This document shows, one piece after another, positions 9,802-19,534 of a stretch of DNA of 64,000 nucleotides. Under the pieces are notes generated by a model. It did not search any database. It saw only the letters and a list, made by a program, of their open reading frames with translations, and was not told where the DNA came from. The position numbers and the translations under genes are program-made. Source of the DNA: Coprobacter sp. (GTDB taxonomy: Bacteria; Bacteroidota; Bacteroidia; Bacteroidales; UBA11471); the NCBI GenBank assembly GCA_017462265.1, contig JAFTRN010000030.1, forward strand, positions 20,983-84,982, written 5' to 3'. Each line of letters starts with the position of its first letter. The first letter of the stretch is position 1.

Positions 9802-11427
9802 ATGAAAAAGTACATATATATTACAGCGTTGATTATCGGCACGATCGTTACCGCTTGTTTCAGCGACAAGGGTAATTACGATTATGTGGCTCTCAACGAG
9901 ATTGCGGTCGATACGGCCGGGGTGGAGGTCGATTTTGTGGTCGAGCAGTATGACTCGCTTCATATCGTGCCATCGTTACTCTTTACGAAAGAGACGATAG
10001 CCGATGAGAAATTGGCTCACCGGTGGGTAATGTACACCAATTCGTTCTCCAACACCGAGAGCGAGATGCTCGAACTCTCAACCGAGAAGGAGTTACATAT
10101 GCAGGTGGTACAGGAGGCAAAAGCCGAGACCTACGCCATTATTTATTACATTACCGACCTCACGACCAAAACCGTGTATCAACAACTCTATACCGTACTG
10201 GTGCAACCCAGCGTGGTATCGGGTATTATGGCCCTGCACGAGGTCGATGGCGAGTGCGATGTCGATTATATCGCCACGACGAACGCCGTGCCCGATTTGC
10301 CCCGCACGAAACATATGCGTAACGTCATACAATCTATCACGGGAAGCAAGCTGCCCGGCAACCCCGTCTCGGTGTCGCCCATACGCATCTCGTGGAGTAC
10401 GATCAATTATGTGTATGTGGCCACCGACGAGAAGCTGGTGCAACTCTCGGGTAAAGACTTCTCTTATCTTTGCGACGAGACGGAGCTTTTCTACCAACGC
10501 CCCGAGGTGCTGAAAACGCATCGTATCTTGCGCGACGGACAGATAGCCCACACGACCGTGATGATCAACGACCGTCAGGTGCATAACATCAACAACCAAT
10601 CGTCGCAGTATTGGAATCAGACCTTCTCCGACTCGCTGCGTCACGATACCGATATGGGCGATATAGCCGTGGCTCCCTACATCTATATGCCCGATAGTTA
10701 CTGGACACCCAACATCGCCGTGTTCTACGATACCATCGGTAAACGTTTTGTGCGTCTGCCGTTCAGTTTCAAGGAGTCGTCCAAATTGGAACCCTTTGTC
10801 GATCAGGTATCCACGGCCTTCGACGTGAACAATATCGGTAAAGACCTTATATGGTTCGGTATAGGGTACAATGGACATGGATTTGCCCTCATGACCGATT
10901 ACACGCTCTATCGGGCCAATTTCAATATGGACCAATATATATTGACCCCCGACGGCTCTACCGAGAACAACGAGAAAATCAACGACCTCGCCGTGCGCAT
11001 CTACGATATGAGTAAGCAGCCCGAGATAAAGAATGCCAAGTTCTATGATTGCGGTGAGTATGCCACCCTTTTCATGTACGCTACCGAGCGCGATATATAT
11101 GTTACCTCTATCAAGAGCACGACGTTGCGCACCTCGAAAATCAACAACGATTTCCCTGCCGACGAAAAAATCACAGGCATTATGATATACAATCCCAACT
11201 ACCACCAGCAGAGTTCGCTCAATGCTGTCCGTGGCAACTGGCTCTATGTATCGACATGGAACGGCACCGAGGGAAAAATCTACGAGTTTGCCATCACGCG
11301 CAACACCTGCGAGATGAACAATACATCGGGCGACGATAAGAAAGCCCCCACAAATGTATTCACCGGCATGGGCAAAATCAAAGATATGGCGGTGAAAGTA
11401 CAAGGACAGGGCGATGAAAACAGATAA
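9802..11427 (+). CDS. large surface lipoprotein, PKD-like-family candidate
   Basis: Lipobox VTAC followed by FSDKGNYDY. 541 aa. The assignment rests on conserved gene order only. Confidence 0.5.
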   Translation: MKKYIYITALIIGTIVTACFSDKGNYDYVALNEIAVDTAGVEVDFVVEQYDSLHIVPSLLFTKETIADEKLAHRWVMYTNSFSNTESEMLELSTEKELHMQVVQEAKAETYAIIYYITDLTTKTVYQQLYTVLVQPSVVSGIMALHEVDGECDVDYIATTNAVPDLPRTKHMRNVIQSITGSKLPGNPVSVSPIRISWSTINYVYVATDEKLVQLSGKDFSYLCDETELFYQRPEVLKTHRILRDGQIAHTTVMINDRQVHNINNQSSQYWNQTFSDSLRHDTDMGDIAVAPYIYMPDSYWTPNIAVFYDTIGKRFVRLPFSFKESSKLEPFVDQVSTAFDVNNIGKDLIWFGIGYNGHGFALMTDYTLYRANFNMDQYILTPDGSTENNEKINDLAVRIYDMSKQPEIKNAKFYDCGEYATLFMYATERDIYVTSIKSTTLRTSKINNDFPADEKITGIMIYNPNYHQQSSLNAVRGNWLYVSTWNGTEGKIYEFAITRNTCEMNNTSGDDKKAPTNVFTGMGKIKDMAVKVQGQGDENR

Positions 11428-11444
11428 TACCTAAACACAATTAT

Positions 11445-13454
11445 ATGAAAAAAGCACTCTTTATTACAGCTATTTTAGGCATTGCGACTTCGACAATGTG
11501 GGCCGATGAGCCAGTGAAGAAAAATTGGGAAGCCATAGATGGTGAATTTGTTGTGGGCAAAGCGACGACGACCATCTATCGTCCCGAGAATACCCCGCTC
11601 GCCGGCGAACAAGATATAAAAGGAACGGTCTATTTCTGGCAAGATTACAAATGGATTGGTGAAGAATTAAATCTGCAAAAGACCGATACCGGCTGGGTTA
11701 GTACAGTGTCTCTCCCCAAGAAGGTAGCGTTGGTGGCCTATAAATACAGGGCCGGCAACAAATACGACAATGGAGGTAGTGTTACCTATGCTTACTACAC
11801 CCGTGATGCCAAGGGTAAGACTTTGCCCTCGGCCAATGTCGGCTGGGCTTTGTTGCGGGCTCGTAATATGCAGGAATATTCCGTTCCTTATTACATGAAC
11901 GATTCTACCGATATGTGGATTGAGGACGACGTGGTGCGTTTCTGGCTCAATCAGGAGGTACGTTATCACCCCGAGTCTCGTAAAGAGATATTCGAGTATG
12001 CCACCAATTTGTTGCATCGCATCGACCCCGAGGGTTCGAAAGAGCGCATACGCAAGGAGATAGATTTCATACTCTCGCTCGATGCCGAGAAGAAACTACC
12101 CGAGATATACCTCTATCGTTGCCATACGGCGGCCGAGAAATATCTGCGCGATAAGGAGTTGGCCCGGTCGTTGGAGAATATGATTCTGAAACGTCACCCC
12201 AAGGGTATTCTGGCTCGGGATAAGGAAATATTCCGCATCTATAAACTCGAAGATATGGCCGAGAAGGAGGTAGAACTGAACAAGTTTCTCAAAAAATTTC
12301 CCACCAAGAAATTCCGAGGTATCGAGACCGAAGCCTATAATTTATATTACGGTCACATCTATCGTGCCGTGGTATATACCCACGTCATCGCCGATAAAAA
12401 CAACGATATGATGTATAAGTATCTGCCCGATGTACCCACCGATATGTTGGCAACATTCTTCTGGCATTTGGTGCAGATACCCTATAACAACAAGCAGACC
12501 TCGGCACAGGAACTTTTGCCCCATGCTCGCACGTTGATGACCGAGATTGCCGAGCGAGAACGCTATGGTTATTGGGCGGCAGTTACCGATACCGAGTGGT
12601 TGCAACACCTTATAAGCCGTCGTAAAGACTCTTATTTGGTATATGCGCAGATACTGAACGAAAACGACCTCATAGATGAGGCTGCGGTGCTTGCCGAGCA
12701 GTTGAAACCCTATTATGGTACAAAGAGTGCCGATTTCAACGATTTCTATGTAGAAATACTCGAAAAGAGTGACCGTCATGCCGAGGTGGTGGCCTATATC
12801 GAGTCGGGCGTGAAGGAAAATGCCGCTTCGCCTGCTATGCTCGACGTGCTGAAACAGGCCTATGTGGCTCGTACCGGCTCGGAGAAGGGCTACAACAACT
12901 ACATCGATGACCTGAAATCCGATGAGGCTAAAAAGGCTCTCAAAGCCCGTGTGATGGAGGAAATGTGTAATGCCCCCATACAACTTTTCGAGGTGGAGGC
13001 GCTCGAAGGTCATCGCATAGATATGGGCGCGCTCCGTGGTAAAATCATCGTGCTCGATTTCTGGGCTACATGGTGCGGTCCCTGCAAACGAGCCATGCCC
13101 GGTATGCAGATGGCGGTAAATAAGTATGCCGACGATGAGAATGTGCAGTTCTTCTTTGTGGCAACGCAAGAGACCGATCCGAAATTTAAAGAAAAAATCG
13201 CTGCGTTCATAGCGGAGAAGGGTTATAACTTCCAAGTGGTATTTGATGAGCCGCGTCCCGACGATGCGAAATATCGCGACTATATCTACAATACCTATGC
13301 CAAGGCATTCCACTTCTCGGGCATTCCGCAGAAGATGATTATCGATGGCAACGGAAATCTGCGCTGGCGTTCCACCGGATATTATGGTTCGCCATCGGCT
13401 CTTTGCGACGAGATAAGTTACATTATCGAATACCTCAAAAATGAAAATAAGTAA
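11445..13454 (+). CDS. secreted TlpA/AhpC-TSA-type thiol-disulfide oxidoreductase with a long helical N-terminal extension
   Basis: A signal peptide is present. The C-terminal ~150 aa form a thioredoxin fold with GKIIVLDFWATWCGPCKRAMP (CXXC) and ...GIPQKMIIDGNG. Confidence 0.8.
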   Translation: MKKALFITAILGIATSTMWADEPVKKNWEAIDGEFVVGKATTTIYRPENTPLAGEQDIKGTVYFWQDYKWIGEELNLQKTDTGWVSTVSLPKKVALVAYKYRAGNKYDNGGSVTYAYYTRDAKGKTLPSANVGWALLRARNMQEYSVPYYMNDSTDMWIEDDVVRFWLNQEVRYHPESRKEIFEYATNLLHRIDPEGSKERIRKEIDFILSLDAEKKLPEIYLYRCHTAAEKYLRDKELARSLENMILKRHPKGILARDKEIFRIYKLEDMAEKEVELNKFLKKFPTKKFRGIETEAYNLYYGHIYRAVVYTHVIADKNNDMMYKYLPDVPTDMLATFFWHLVQIPYNNKQTSAQELLPHARTLMTEIAERERYGYWAAVTDTEWLQHLISRRKDSYLVYAQILNENDLIDEAAVLAEQLKPYYGTKSADFNDFYVEILEKSDRHAEVVAYIESGVKENAASPAMLDVLKQAYVARTGSEKGYNNYIDDLKSDEAKKALKARVMEEMCNAPIQLFEVEALEGHRIDMGALRGKIIVLDFWATWCGPCKRAMPGMQMAVNKYADDENVQFFFVATQETDPKFKEKIAAFIAEKGYNFQVVFDEPRPDDAKYRDYIYNTYAKAFHFSGIPQKMIIDGNGNLRWRSTGYYGSPSALCDEISYIIEYLKNENK

Positions 13455-13493
13455 CCAATTAACTATATTATTAACCACCTAAAATCAAATGGT

Positions 13494-15599
13494 ATGAAAA
13501 GATTATTTACATCTTTGTCGGCATTGCTCATAGCCGTGCCGTTCTTTGCACAAGCGCCTGCAGAGGCTCAGTTCTCTACAGCCAACGTGTACTCGTGGCA
13601 AGAGGGTACAGACAAACCCGCCGATCCCTCTTCGACCTATTACAAATTCTATGATGCAGCAGGTAACGCTGTAGCTTATCAGCAGTATTCGGGATCATAT
13701 ACCGTATATGATTACAATGCCGATGGCAAAATGATTAAATCGCAAGGTTGGTCGTCGGACTGGAATACCGGTGCATATATCGCCAACTCTTACACCATCT
13801 ATGAGTACGATGCCGAAGGTCAGCTCATCAAACAAACCTCGTACAATACCGATGATGAAGTGAATAGTTACGTTTTCTATGAAGGCTATGAAAAAGGTCA
13901 GTATAGAGATATGAAGTCGGTTAATAAAGATGGCGTGACCATTAGCTATTGGCGTTCTTACGACCATGTATTCACCGGTGATCAACTGACCTATTCGGTA
14001 GCTTATTATTGTACCGACAGCACTCGTAACAAACTCGATTCTACCGCTTATGCTTACGATGTAAATGGTCGTTGCATCTCGAGTGCGCAATATGCATGGG
14101 ATAGTGCCAACGGTGTATATACCACTCCTGCATCTATGACTTATACCTATGAATACGACGCTACCGGCCGTCTTGCCAAAGCTACATCGGCAAGCAGCTC
14201 GCGTTGGGGTGTATATCTGGGCGAAGAGGCTTATACCTACGCTGCGTTGAGCGCCGACTATGTACCAGCCAACCTCACCGTCAGCAACAAATCCGATGCT
14301 CTAAATACCGTTATCGTTACTTGGGACGCTCCCAAAAATACGGTTAGCGGTTACCGTGTGTTCTTCGATGGTGTTCTTGCCGAAGAGATCACCGCTACCT
14401 CATACGAAAGCCCTGTGCTCAAAAACGGTACTCACACCGTGGCTGTTGTGTCTGTAGCCGATGGTGAAATCAAAAACATCAGCGATTTCAAAGTATTCTC
14501 GGTAAATGACCCCGGTATCAAAGCTCCTACCGAATTTGCTCTTGTTGAGTTCAAAGATACTACGATGCTCTATGGTTCTGCTTACTACAACGCAACCGTA
14601 TCGTGGAAAGCACCCGAAACAACCAGCCCCATCACCGGCTATCGTGTATATTACAGCGAATATGGCTATGTAGATGTATATGATCCTGCTGCTACCTCGA
14701 CCGATATTTCAGTATCTTCTTGGAGTGCAGTTACCAATGGCGAAGATGGTGAAGAGGGTGTAAACCTCACCATGTATGTTGTGGCTCAGTATGCTACCGG
14801 TAATTCCGAGCCTTCGAACAAAATCATTGCCAACCTCTACGACAAAGTGACTTTCGAACCCGTACAATCTACCCGCGTAGAGCTTTCACCGCTTTATGCC
14901 GATGCGGCTAACAGCGATGCCGCAACATGGAAGTTTACCAATACCGACATTACGATTACTAATGTTGATGCTAAAACATATGCATCGACCGGAATTTATA
15001 CCGATGCCAACGGCGTTGCTACGGCTCGTGAATTTATGAAAATGTCTCGCGGGAAGAAATGGACACTGGTTGTACCCGAAGATCGCGCCGTGGTGCGTAT
15101 CGAGTTCTGGGGCTTCTCCAATTCTTCAGCGATGAACTGGGCTTATTTGCGATATGTAACCAATCCTGCAGTAGAGGTATTGGCCGATGTATCCCCCGAA
15201 GGACAGGTGAAGGAAAATGAGACCATTAAGGCTTATGCACATCCGTTCAGCCCCGAAGCCGTAACGGCCGAAGCTGCTCCGCTTGCCGTATTTGTCGACC
15301 AACTCGGATGGTTTGGAGAACTTTCATTCTACTTCGATGGAAACAACCAAGTAGGTGCCAACATCGTAGTTTACACCGTTCCCGAGGCTGAAATTGATAG
15401 CTATGATCCGGCATATGACTTCAGTGTCAAAGCCGAACTTGACAAACCTGTAGTAGAATCGGCTATCGAAAGTGTAGAGAACGACGAAGTGAAAGCGCTC
15501 GATCCCAACGCTCCGATGTACAATATCCTCGGCCAACCCGTAGGTGCTGACTACAAAGGTATCGTGATACAAAAAGGTGCTAAATTTATCCTCCAATAA
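13494..15599 (+). CDS. secreted YD-repeat / FN3 multidomain protein with a T9SS C-terminal sorting domain
   Basis: Signal peptide. Four YxYDxxGxL repeats (YDYNADGKMIK, YEYDAEGQLIK, YAYDVNGRCIS, YEYDATGRLAK). Two FN3-like modules (VTWDAPKNTVSGYRVFFDG; VSWKAPETTSPITGYRVYY). The C-terminus MYNILGQPVGADYKGIVIQKGAKFILQ is typical of T9SS CTDs. Confidence 0.7.
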   Translation: MKRLFTSLSALLIAVPFFAQAPAEAQFSTANVYSWQEGTDKPADPSSTYYKFYDAAGNAVAYQQYSGSYTVYDYNADGKMIKSQGWSSDWNTGAYIANSYTIYEYDAEGQLIKQTSYNTDDEVNSYVFYEGYEKGQYRDMKSVNKDGVTISYWRSYDHVFTGDQLTYSVAYYCTDSTRNKLDSTAYAYDVNGRCISSAQYAWDSANGVYTTPASMTYTYEYDATGRLAKATSASSSRWGVYLGEEAYTYAALSADYVPANLTVSNKSDALNTVIVTWDAPKNTVSGYRVFFDGVLAEEITATSYESPVLKNGTHTVAVVSVADGEIKNISDFKVFSVNDPGIKAPTEFALVEFKDTTMLYGSAYYNATVSWKAPETTSPITGYRVYYSEYGYVDVYDPAATSTDISVSSWSAVTNGEDGEEGVNLTMYVVAQYATGNSEPSNKIIANLYDKVTFEPVQSTRVELSPLYADAANSDAATWKFTNTDITITNVDAKTYASTGIYTDANGVATAREFMKMSRGKKWTLVVPEDRAVVRIEFWGFSNSSAMNWAYLRYVTNPAVEVLADVSPEGQVKENETIKAYAHPFSPEAVTAEAAPLAVFVDQLGWFGELSFYFDGNNQVGANIVVYTVPEAEIDSYDPAYDFSVKAELDKPVVESAIESVENDEVKALDPNAPMYNILGQPVGADYKGIVIQKGAKFILQ

Positions 15600-15620
15600 T
15601 AGGCACTTAGATAATTGATA

Positions 15621-15664
15621 AAAGGGTGTGCCACAGCCCTCGTGCAGGGTGGCACACCCTTTTC
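15621..15664 (+). terminator. rho-independent terminator closing the SusC operon
   Basis: Perfect 11-bp stem GGGTGTGCCAC / GTGGCACACCC followed by TTTTC. Confidence 0.7.
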
Positions 15665-15686
15665 ATATAATAATATAACTTTGACG

Positions 15687-17063
15687 ATGAAAAAATATCT
15701 TCTTCTATTATCGATAGTACTTGCGGGCACGGCCTATGCCGATAAATGGCAGGGACAGGTCGATGCGATACGCTTCTACATCGATACCGACTACACCCGG
15801 GAGGGTACGCATGTATCTATTCCCGAAATGTGGATCGACAACGTGCCGTGCGATACCTTTTATACGGTAGCCGATACCATAGGTCTGCGCTTCTCACATT
15901 CGGCCTTTTCGATGACCGGGGTGCCGGTTGCGTCGGGCGACAGCTTGGCGGCTCGTTTCTCTGTAAACGCGCAAACCTACAAGGTGATGATGGCGCGTGT
16001 CGATTCGTTGCAACCCCTTTTCTGGGCGCAGAATCCTTGTCCGCCCTATCCCTATACCGAAGAAGATGTAATGTTGCCCATAAACGATACGATAACGCTG
16101 GCCGGTACCCTCACGTTGCCGGCAGGGCGTCGTCGCGTGCCGGCTGTGGTGCTACTGTCGGGTACAGGTAAGCAGGACCGTGACGCCTCTTTCACCGGTC
16201 ATCGTCCCTTTGCCCGCATAGCCGACTATCTTTCGCGTCGCGGAGTGGCGGTTTTGCGTCTCGACGACCGTGGTGTGGGCCAATCGACCGGGGTATATGC
16301 CGATGCTACAACACACGATTTTGCCACCGACGCGTTGGCGGCCGTGAAATATCTGCAAGCGCATCGACGTATCAAGAAGTCGAAAGTAGGGCTGATGGGA
16401 CATAGCGAGGGTGGTGCGGCGGCCATGATAGCGGCGGCCTCGTCGAGCGATGTGGCTTTTGTGGTGACACTGGCCGGACTTTCGACCGATGGATTTACCA
16501 GCCTCGTCTTACAAAACAATGCCATAATCGACACCTATCCGGGCTTCTCCGACGAGTGGCGCCGTGTGAACAAGGAGTTCCTACGACAACTCTTTACCTG
16601 GGTGCGGGAGATTCCGGCTTCCGACTCGTTGGCACAGCCGTTGCGTGCCAAATTCAGTGCATGGTGTGCCGAGCAACCCGACTCTATATTACAAATGACC
16701 GGCCTCAAATATCGGGAGGAAATGTATATCGCTCGCTATCTGCACAATGCCGATAATCGTTGGTATCGCGAACTTATGCGCTACAACCCGGGCGATTATG
16801 TGCCTCGCGTCGATGTACCGGTATTGGCGCTCAACGGTGATAGCGACATCATGGTGCCTTCCAAGGAAAATCTGGCTACGGCCGACAGCCTGTTGCGCCT
16901 GGGCGGTAACAAGCATTATCGCATCGTGGAGTTGCCGGGCCTCAATCATATGTTCCAACACTGCACGACCTGCATACAGAACGAGATAGGATCGCTGCCC
17001 GATGTCTTTGCCGAGGAGGCTCTCATCGAAATCTATGCCTTCCTCCGCGACGAAATACTCTGA
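15687..17063 (+). CDS. secreted alpha/beta-fold serine hydrolase
   Basis: The start MKKYLLLLSIVLAGTAYA lies after the terminator, so the ORF-track start at 15615 is rejected. The nucleophile elbow is GLMGHSEGGAAA. The late motifs NGDSDIMVP and LNHMF fit the Asp and His of a catalytic triad. Confidence 0.75.
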   Translation: MKKYLLLLSIVLAGTAYADKWQGQVDAIRFYIDTDYTREGTHVSIPEMWIDNVPCDTFYTVADTIGLRFSHSAFSMTGVPVASGDSLAARFSVNAQTYKVMMARVDSLQPLFWAQNPCPPYPYTEEDVMLPINDTITLAGTLTLPAGRRRVPAVVLLSGTGKQDRDASFTGHRPFARIADYLSRRGVAVLRLDDRGVGQSTGVYADATTHDFATDALAAVKYLQAHRRIKKSKVGLMGHSEGGAAAMIAAASSSDVAFVVTLAGLSTDGFTSLVLQNNAIIDTYPGFSDEWRRVNKEFLRQLFTWVREIPASDSLAQPLRAKFSAWCAEQPDSILQMTGLKYREEMYIARYLHNADNRWYRELMRYNPGDYVPRVDVPVLALNGDSDIMVPSKENLATADSLLRLGGNKHYRIVELPGLNHMFQHCTTCIQNEIGSLPDVFAEEALIEIYAFLRDEIL

Positions 17064-17080
17064 TTTGTCGGATACTAATA

Positions 17081-17120
17081 AAAACGCCTCATATCCTATG
17101 CACGGATTATGAGGCGTTTT
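17081..17120. terminator. bidirectional terminator between convergent genes
   Basis: Perfect 13-bp stem AAAACGCCTCATA / TATGAGGCGTTTT with A/T tracts on both sides. Confidence 0.7.
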
Positions 17121-17136
17121 TGTTTATGAGAATCTT

Positions 17137-18807
17137 CTATACGAAGAAGAGTATGAGCAGTTGGGCGGTGAGTACACGCAAGAACATGGTGAGCGGATAT
17201 ACCGTAGAGTAGGCCACGGCAGGCGCGTCGTTGCCCGATACCTTGTTGGCATAGGCGAGGGCAGGGGGGTCGGTCATACTGCCCGACATCAGTCCCATGA
17301 GCGTGAAATAGTTGAGTTTGAATTTCCAACGTCCTATGATACCTATTATCAGCATCGGTATGCAGGTGATGAGGAAGCCCCAGAGTACCCACAACAGTCC
17401 GTCGCCGCTGAACACCGTCTCGGCAAAGTTCCCACCGGCCTCTATACCCACGCTGGCGAGGAACAGGCAGATACCTATCTCACGGAGCATGAGGTTGGCA
17501 CTCGTGGAGGTGTAGGTCACAAGTTTCAGTTTATGACCGAAACGACCTATGAGAATAGCGACCACCAACGGTCCGCCGGCCAATCCCAGTTTCATCGACG
17601 ACGACATACCCGGAATGGAGAGGGGCAGGCTACCCAGCAATATACCGAGGAATATACCGATGAAGATGGTAATCATATTAGGCTCGTTGAGACGCTTCAA
17701 CGAGTTGCCGAGTTTCGAGGCGAGGCGGTTAATATCCTCCTGACGACCTACGACGGTCATACGGTCGCCGATTTGCAATACGAGGTTGGGGGTGGCGAGC
17801 AGGTCGATACCGGCACGGTTCACACGGGTAGCGTTCAAACGATAACCCATGCGCAGACGCAACGAACCGATGGTGCGACCATTGTACTCGGGCTTTGTCA
17901 CCACGATACGACGCGAAACGACCGTCGAGGGCAGGGCGTTCCAGTCCATCTCTACGATAGAGCCGATAAAGGCTTTCAGCGCATCTTCGTCTTGCTCGGA
18001 GAGTACGGTGAGCAGTAAGTCGCCCTCGTCGATGATGGTGTTGTCGTCGGGTATGATTACCTCGCCATTCTTCTGTATACGCGATACCACGAAATTGCGA
18101 TCGATGAGCAGTGTGAGTTTTTCGAGTGTGCGACCGGCAATGAGTTTGTTCTCTACCCTGTAGGTCACGATGTGAGGAACGAGGGTGCTTGCGTCGCTCT
18201 CGTCTTTTATCTGTTGTGCCTCTTTTTCGTTGTTGATGCGGAAGATGGCACGGATTATAATCATCGACAAAATGATACCGATTACTCCCAACGGATAGGC
18301 GGCTGCATATCCCGAGGCAATCTCGGGCACCTCGGTAATTTTACCATCGACGGCCAGTTGCGATAAGGTTTGCTGGGCGGCACCAAGTCCCGGAGTATTG
18401 GTCACGGCACCCGAGAGGATACCTACCAAGTCGGGCATCGAGGCGTCGGTGAGCGCGTAGATGCTGCATACTACGGCGAGGTTCAGTGCCACTACGCCTA
18501 TAGCCAGCATATTCAGTCGCATACCACCCTGCTTGAACGAGGAGAAGAAACCGGGGCCTACTTGCAGACCGATGGAGTAAACAAATAGGATAAGACCGAA
18601 CTCTTTGGTGAAGTGCAGAATGTCGCGGTTTACACTCTGTCCTAAATGGGCTACAAGCAAGCCCACGAACAAAACGAACGTCACACCTAATGAAATACCG
18701 AAGATTTTTCGCTTACCCAGCCATACGCCTGTTGCAATGACAAAGGCATAGAGTATGACCGTGTGGGCAACTGATTCTCCGGTCAATAGATTTTGAATCC
18801 AATCCAT
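17137..18807 (-). CDS. AAE-family (YidE/YbjL/AspT-like) putative transporter with two central RCK_C (TrkA-C) domains
   Basis: 556 aa. It has duplicated membrane halves ([20 protein letters not shown]...; ...[13 protein letters not shown]). Two cytoplasmic segments sit between them ([10 protein letters not shown]...GDLLLTV and GRTIGSLRL...GDRMTVVG). Confidence 0.85.
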   Translation of the reverse strand: MDWIQNLLTGESVAHTVILYAFVIATGVWLGKRKIFGISLGVTFVLFVGLLVAHLGQSVNRDILHFTKEFGLILFVYSIGLQVGPGFFSSFKQGGMRLNMLAIGVVALNLAVVCSIYALTDASMPDLVGILSGAVTNTPGLGAAQQTLSQLAVDGKITEVPEIASGYAAAYPLGVIGIILSMIIIRAIFRINNEKEAQQIKDESDASTLVPHIVTYRVENKLIAGRTLEKLTLLIDRNFVVSRIQKNGEVIIPDDNTIIDEGDLLLTVLSEQDEDALKAFIGSIVEMDWNALPSTVVSRRIVVTKPEYNGRTIGSLRLRMGYRLNATRVNRAGIDLLATPNLVLQIGDRMTVVGRQEDINRLASKLGNSLKRLNEPNMITIFIGIFLGILLGSLPLSIPGMSSSMKLGLAGGPLVVAILIGRFGHKLKLVTYTSTSANLMLREIGICLFLASVGIEAGGNFAETVFSGDGLLWVLWGFLITCIPMLIIGIIGRWKFKLNYFTLMGLMSGSMTDPPALAYANKVSGNDAPAVAYSTVYPLTMFLRVLTAQLLILFFV

Positions 18808-18894
18808 TTCTTGAATGAGATTTTAAGAAGATTTTTGTAAACTTTTTTGATGCAATGGGGCGGACGTTTCTCCCTCGTCCGATTTTTGCGACTG

Positions 18895-18902
18895 CAAAGG
18901 TA
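18895..18902 (-). promoter_or_regulatory. -7 promoter box (TACCTTTG on the minus strand) for the transporter gene
   Basis: Reverse complement of CAAAGGTA, about 90 nt upstream of the start at 18807. Confidence 0.35.
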
Positions 18903-18950
18903 CATCAATTCTGAATATCTGCCAAGAAACACAATCGATTTTATGAATAA

Positions 18951-19026
18951 GAAACTGTTTAAAATTTTCTTAAAAAATTATTACGGTTTCAAAAAAACAA
19001 AATTCCACAAAAATTTAAACAGCTTC
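18951..19026. repeat. intergenic repeat family B, copy B2 (76-bp minimal form)
   Basis: Termini are GAAACTGTTTAAA ... TTTAAACAGCTTC (13-bp inverted repeat, 1 mismatch). The interior closely matches the left part of 3949-4005. Confidence 0.6.
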
Positions 19027-19106
19027 TAAAAATTCTTTTTGCTCCGGTCGTCGAGTTGCAACCGATTTTTCGTTACATTTGTGCTTTCAGAAGTTCGTTT
19101 CCCATT

Positions 19107-19496
19107 ATGACAAAAAATAGAGCAATCATAGCTATCGGTGCCAATATTCCCGAGAAAGAAAGGGTGGTGAACGATACGATTATCACGTTGTCGGAGCGCT
19201 ATCCCGATTCCCGATTTTCGTCGGCCTATATTACTCCGGCGGTAGGTTCGTGTGTGGACAATCCGCCCTATTGCAACGCGGTAGGGGTGTTGATGGTCGA
19301 TGCCGACTATGAGACACTGCACACCTTGCTAAAAGAGATGGAATTGTCAGCGGGGCGTACCCCACAAAGCAAGTTCACGGGACTGATACCGCTCGATATA
19401 GATATTGTGGCTTGGAACGATACCATACTGCGCCCGCGCGATATGCAGCAGGTATATGTCGCGATAGGGTTGGCGGAGTTAGGAATAAATTTATAA
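19107..19496 (+). CDS. folK: 2-amino-4-hydroxy-6-hydroxymethyldihydropteridine diphosphokinase (HPPK)
   Basis: The N-terminus AIIAIGANI, then ...SSAYITPAVG...PYCNAVGVL...LLKEMELSAGR...IPLDIDIVAWND, matches the HPPK motif pattern and size. The internal start at 19107 is preferred. Confidence 0.6.
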   Translation: MTKNRAIIAIGANIPEKERVVNDTIITLSERYPDSRFSSAYITPAVGSCVDNPPYCNAVGVLMVDADYETLHTLLKEMELSAGRTPQSKFTGLIPLDIDIVAWNDTILRPRDMQQVYVAIGLAELGINL

Positions 19497-19498
19497 GA

Positions 19499-19525
19499 CT
19501 GATGGGCGGAAACACCGCCCATCAG
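19499..19525. terminator. bidirectional terminator (folK / beta-propeller gene)
   Basis: Perfect 11-bp stem CTGATGGGCGG / CCGCCCATCAG with loop AAACA. Confidence 0.7.
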
Positions 19526-19534
19526 TTCTGTTTA

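Noticed and set aside
17066-17085. Solo TIR-like motif TTTGTCGGATACTAATAAAAA just before the terminator, a weaker TCGGATAAC at 42241, and ATTATTGGTATC at 24728, considered as additional family-A copies.
   Set aside because: These are short partial matches with no partner end and no flanking duplication. They may be chance, relics, or a host motif that the element ends mimic, so they are not called as elements.
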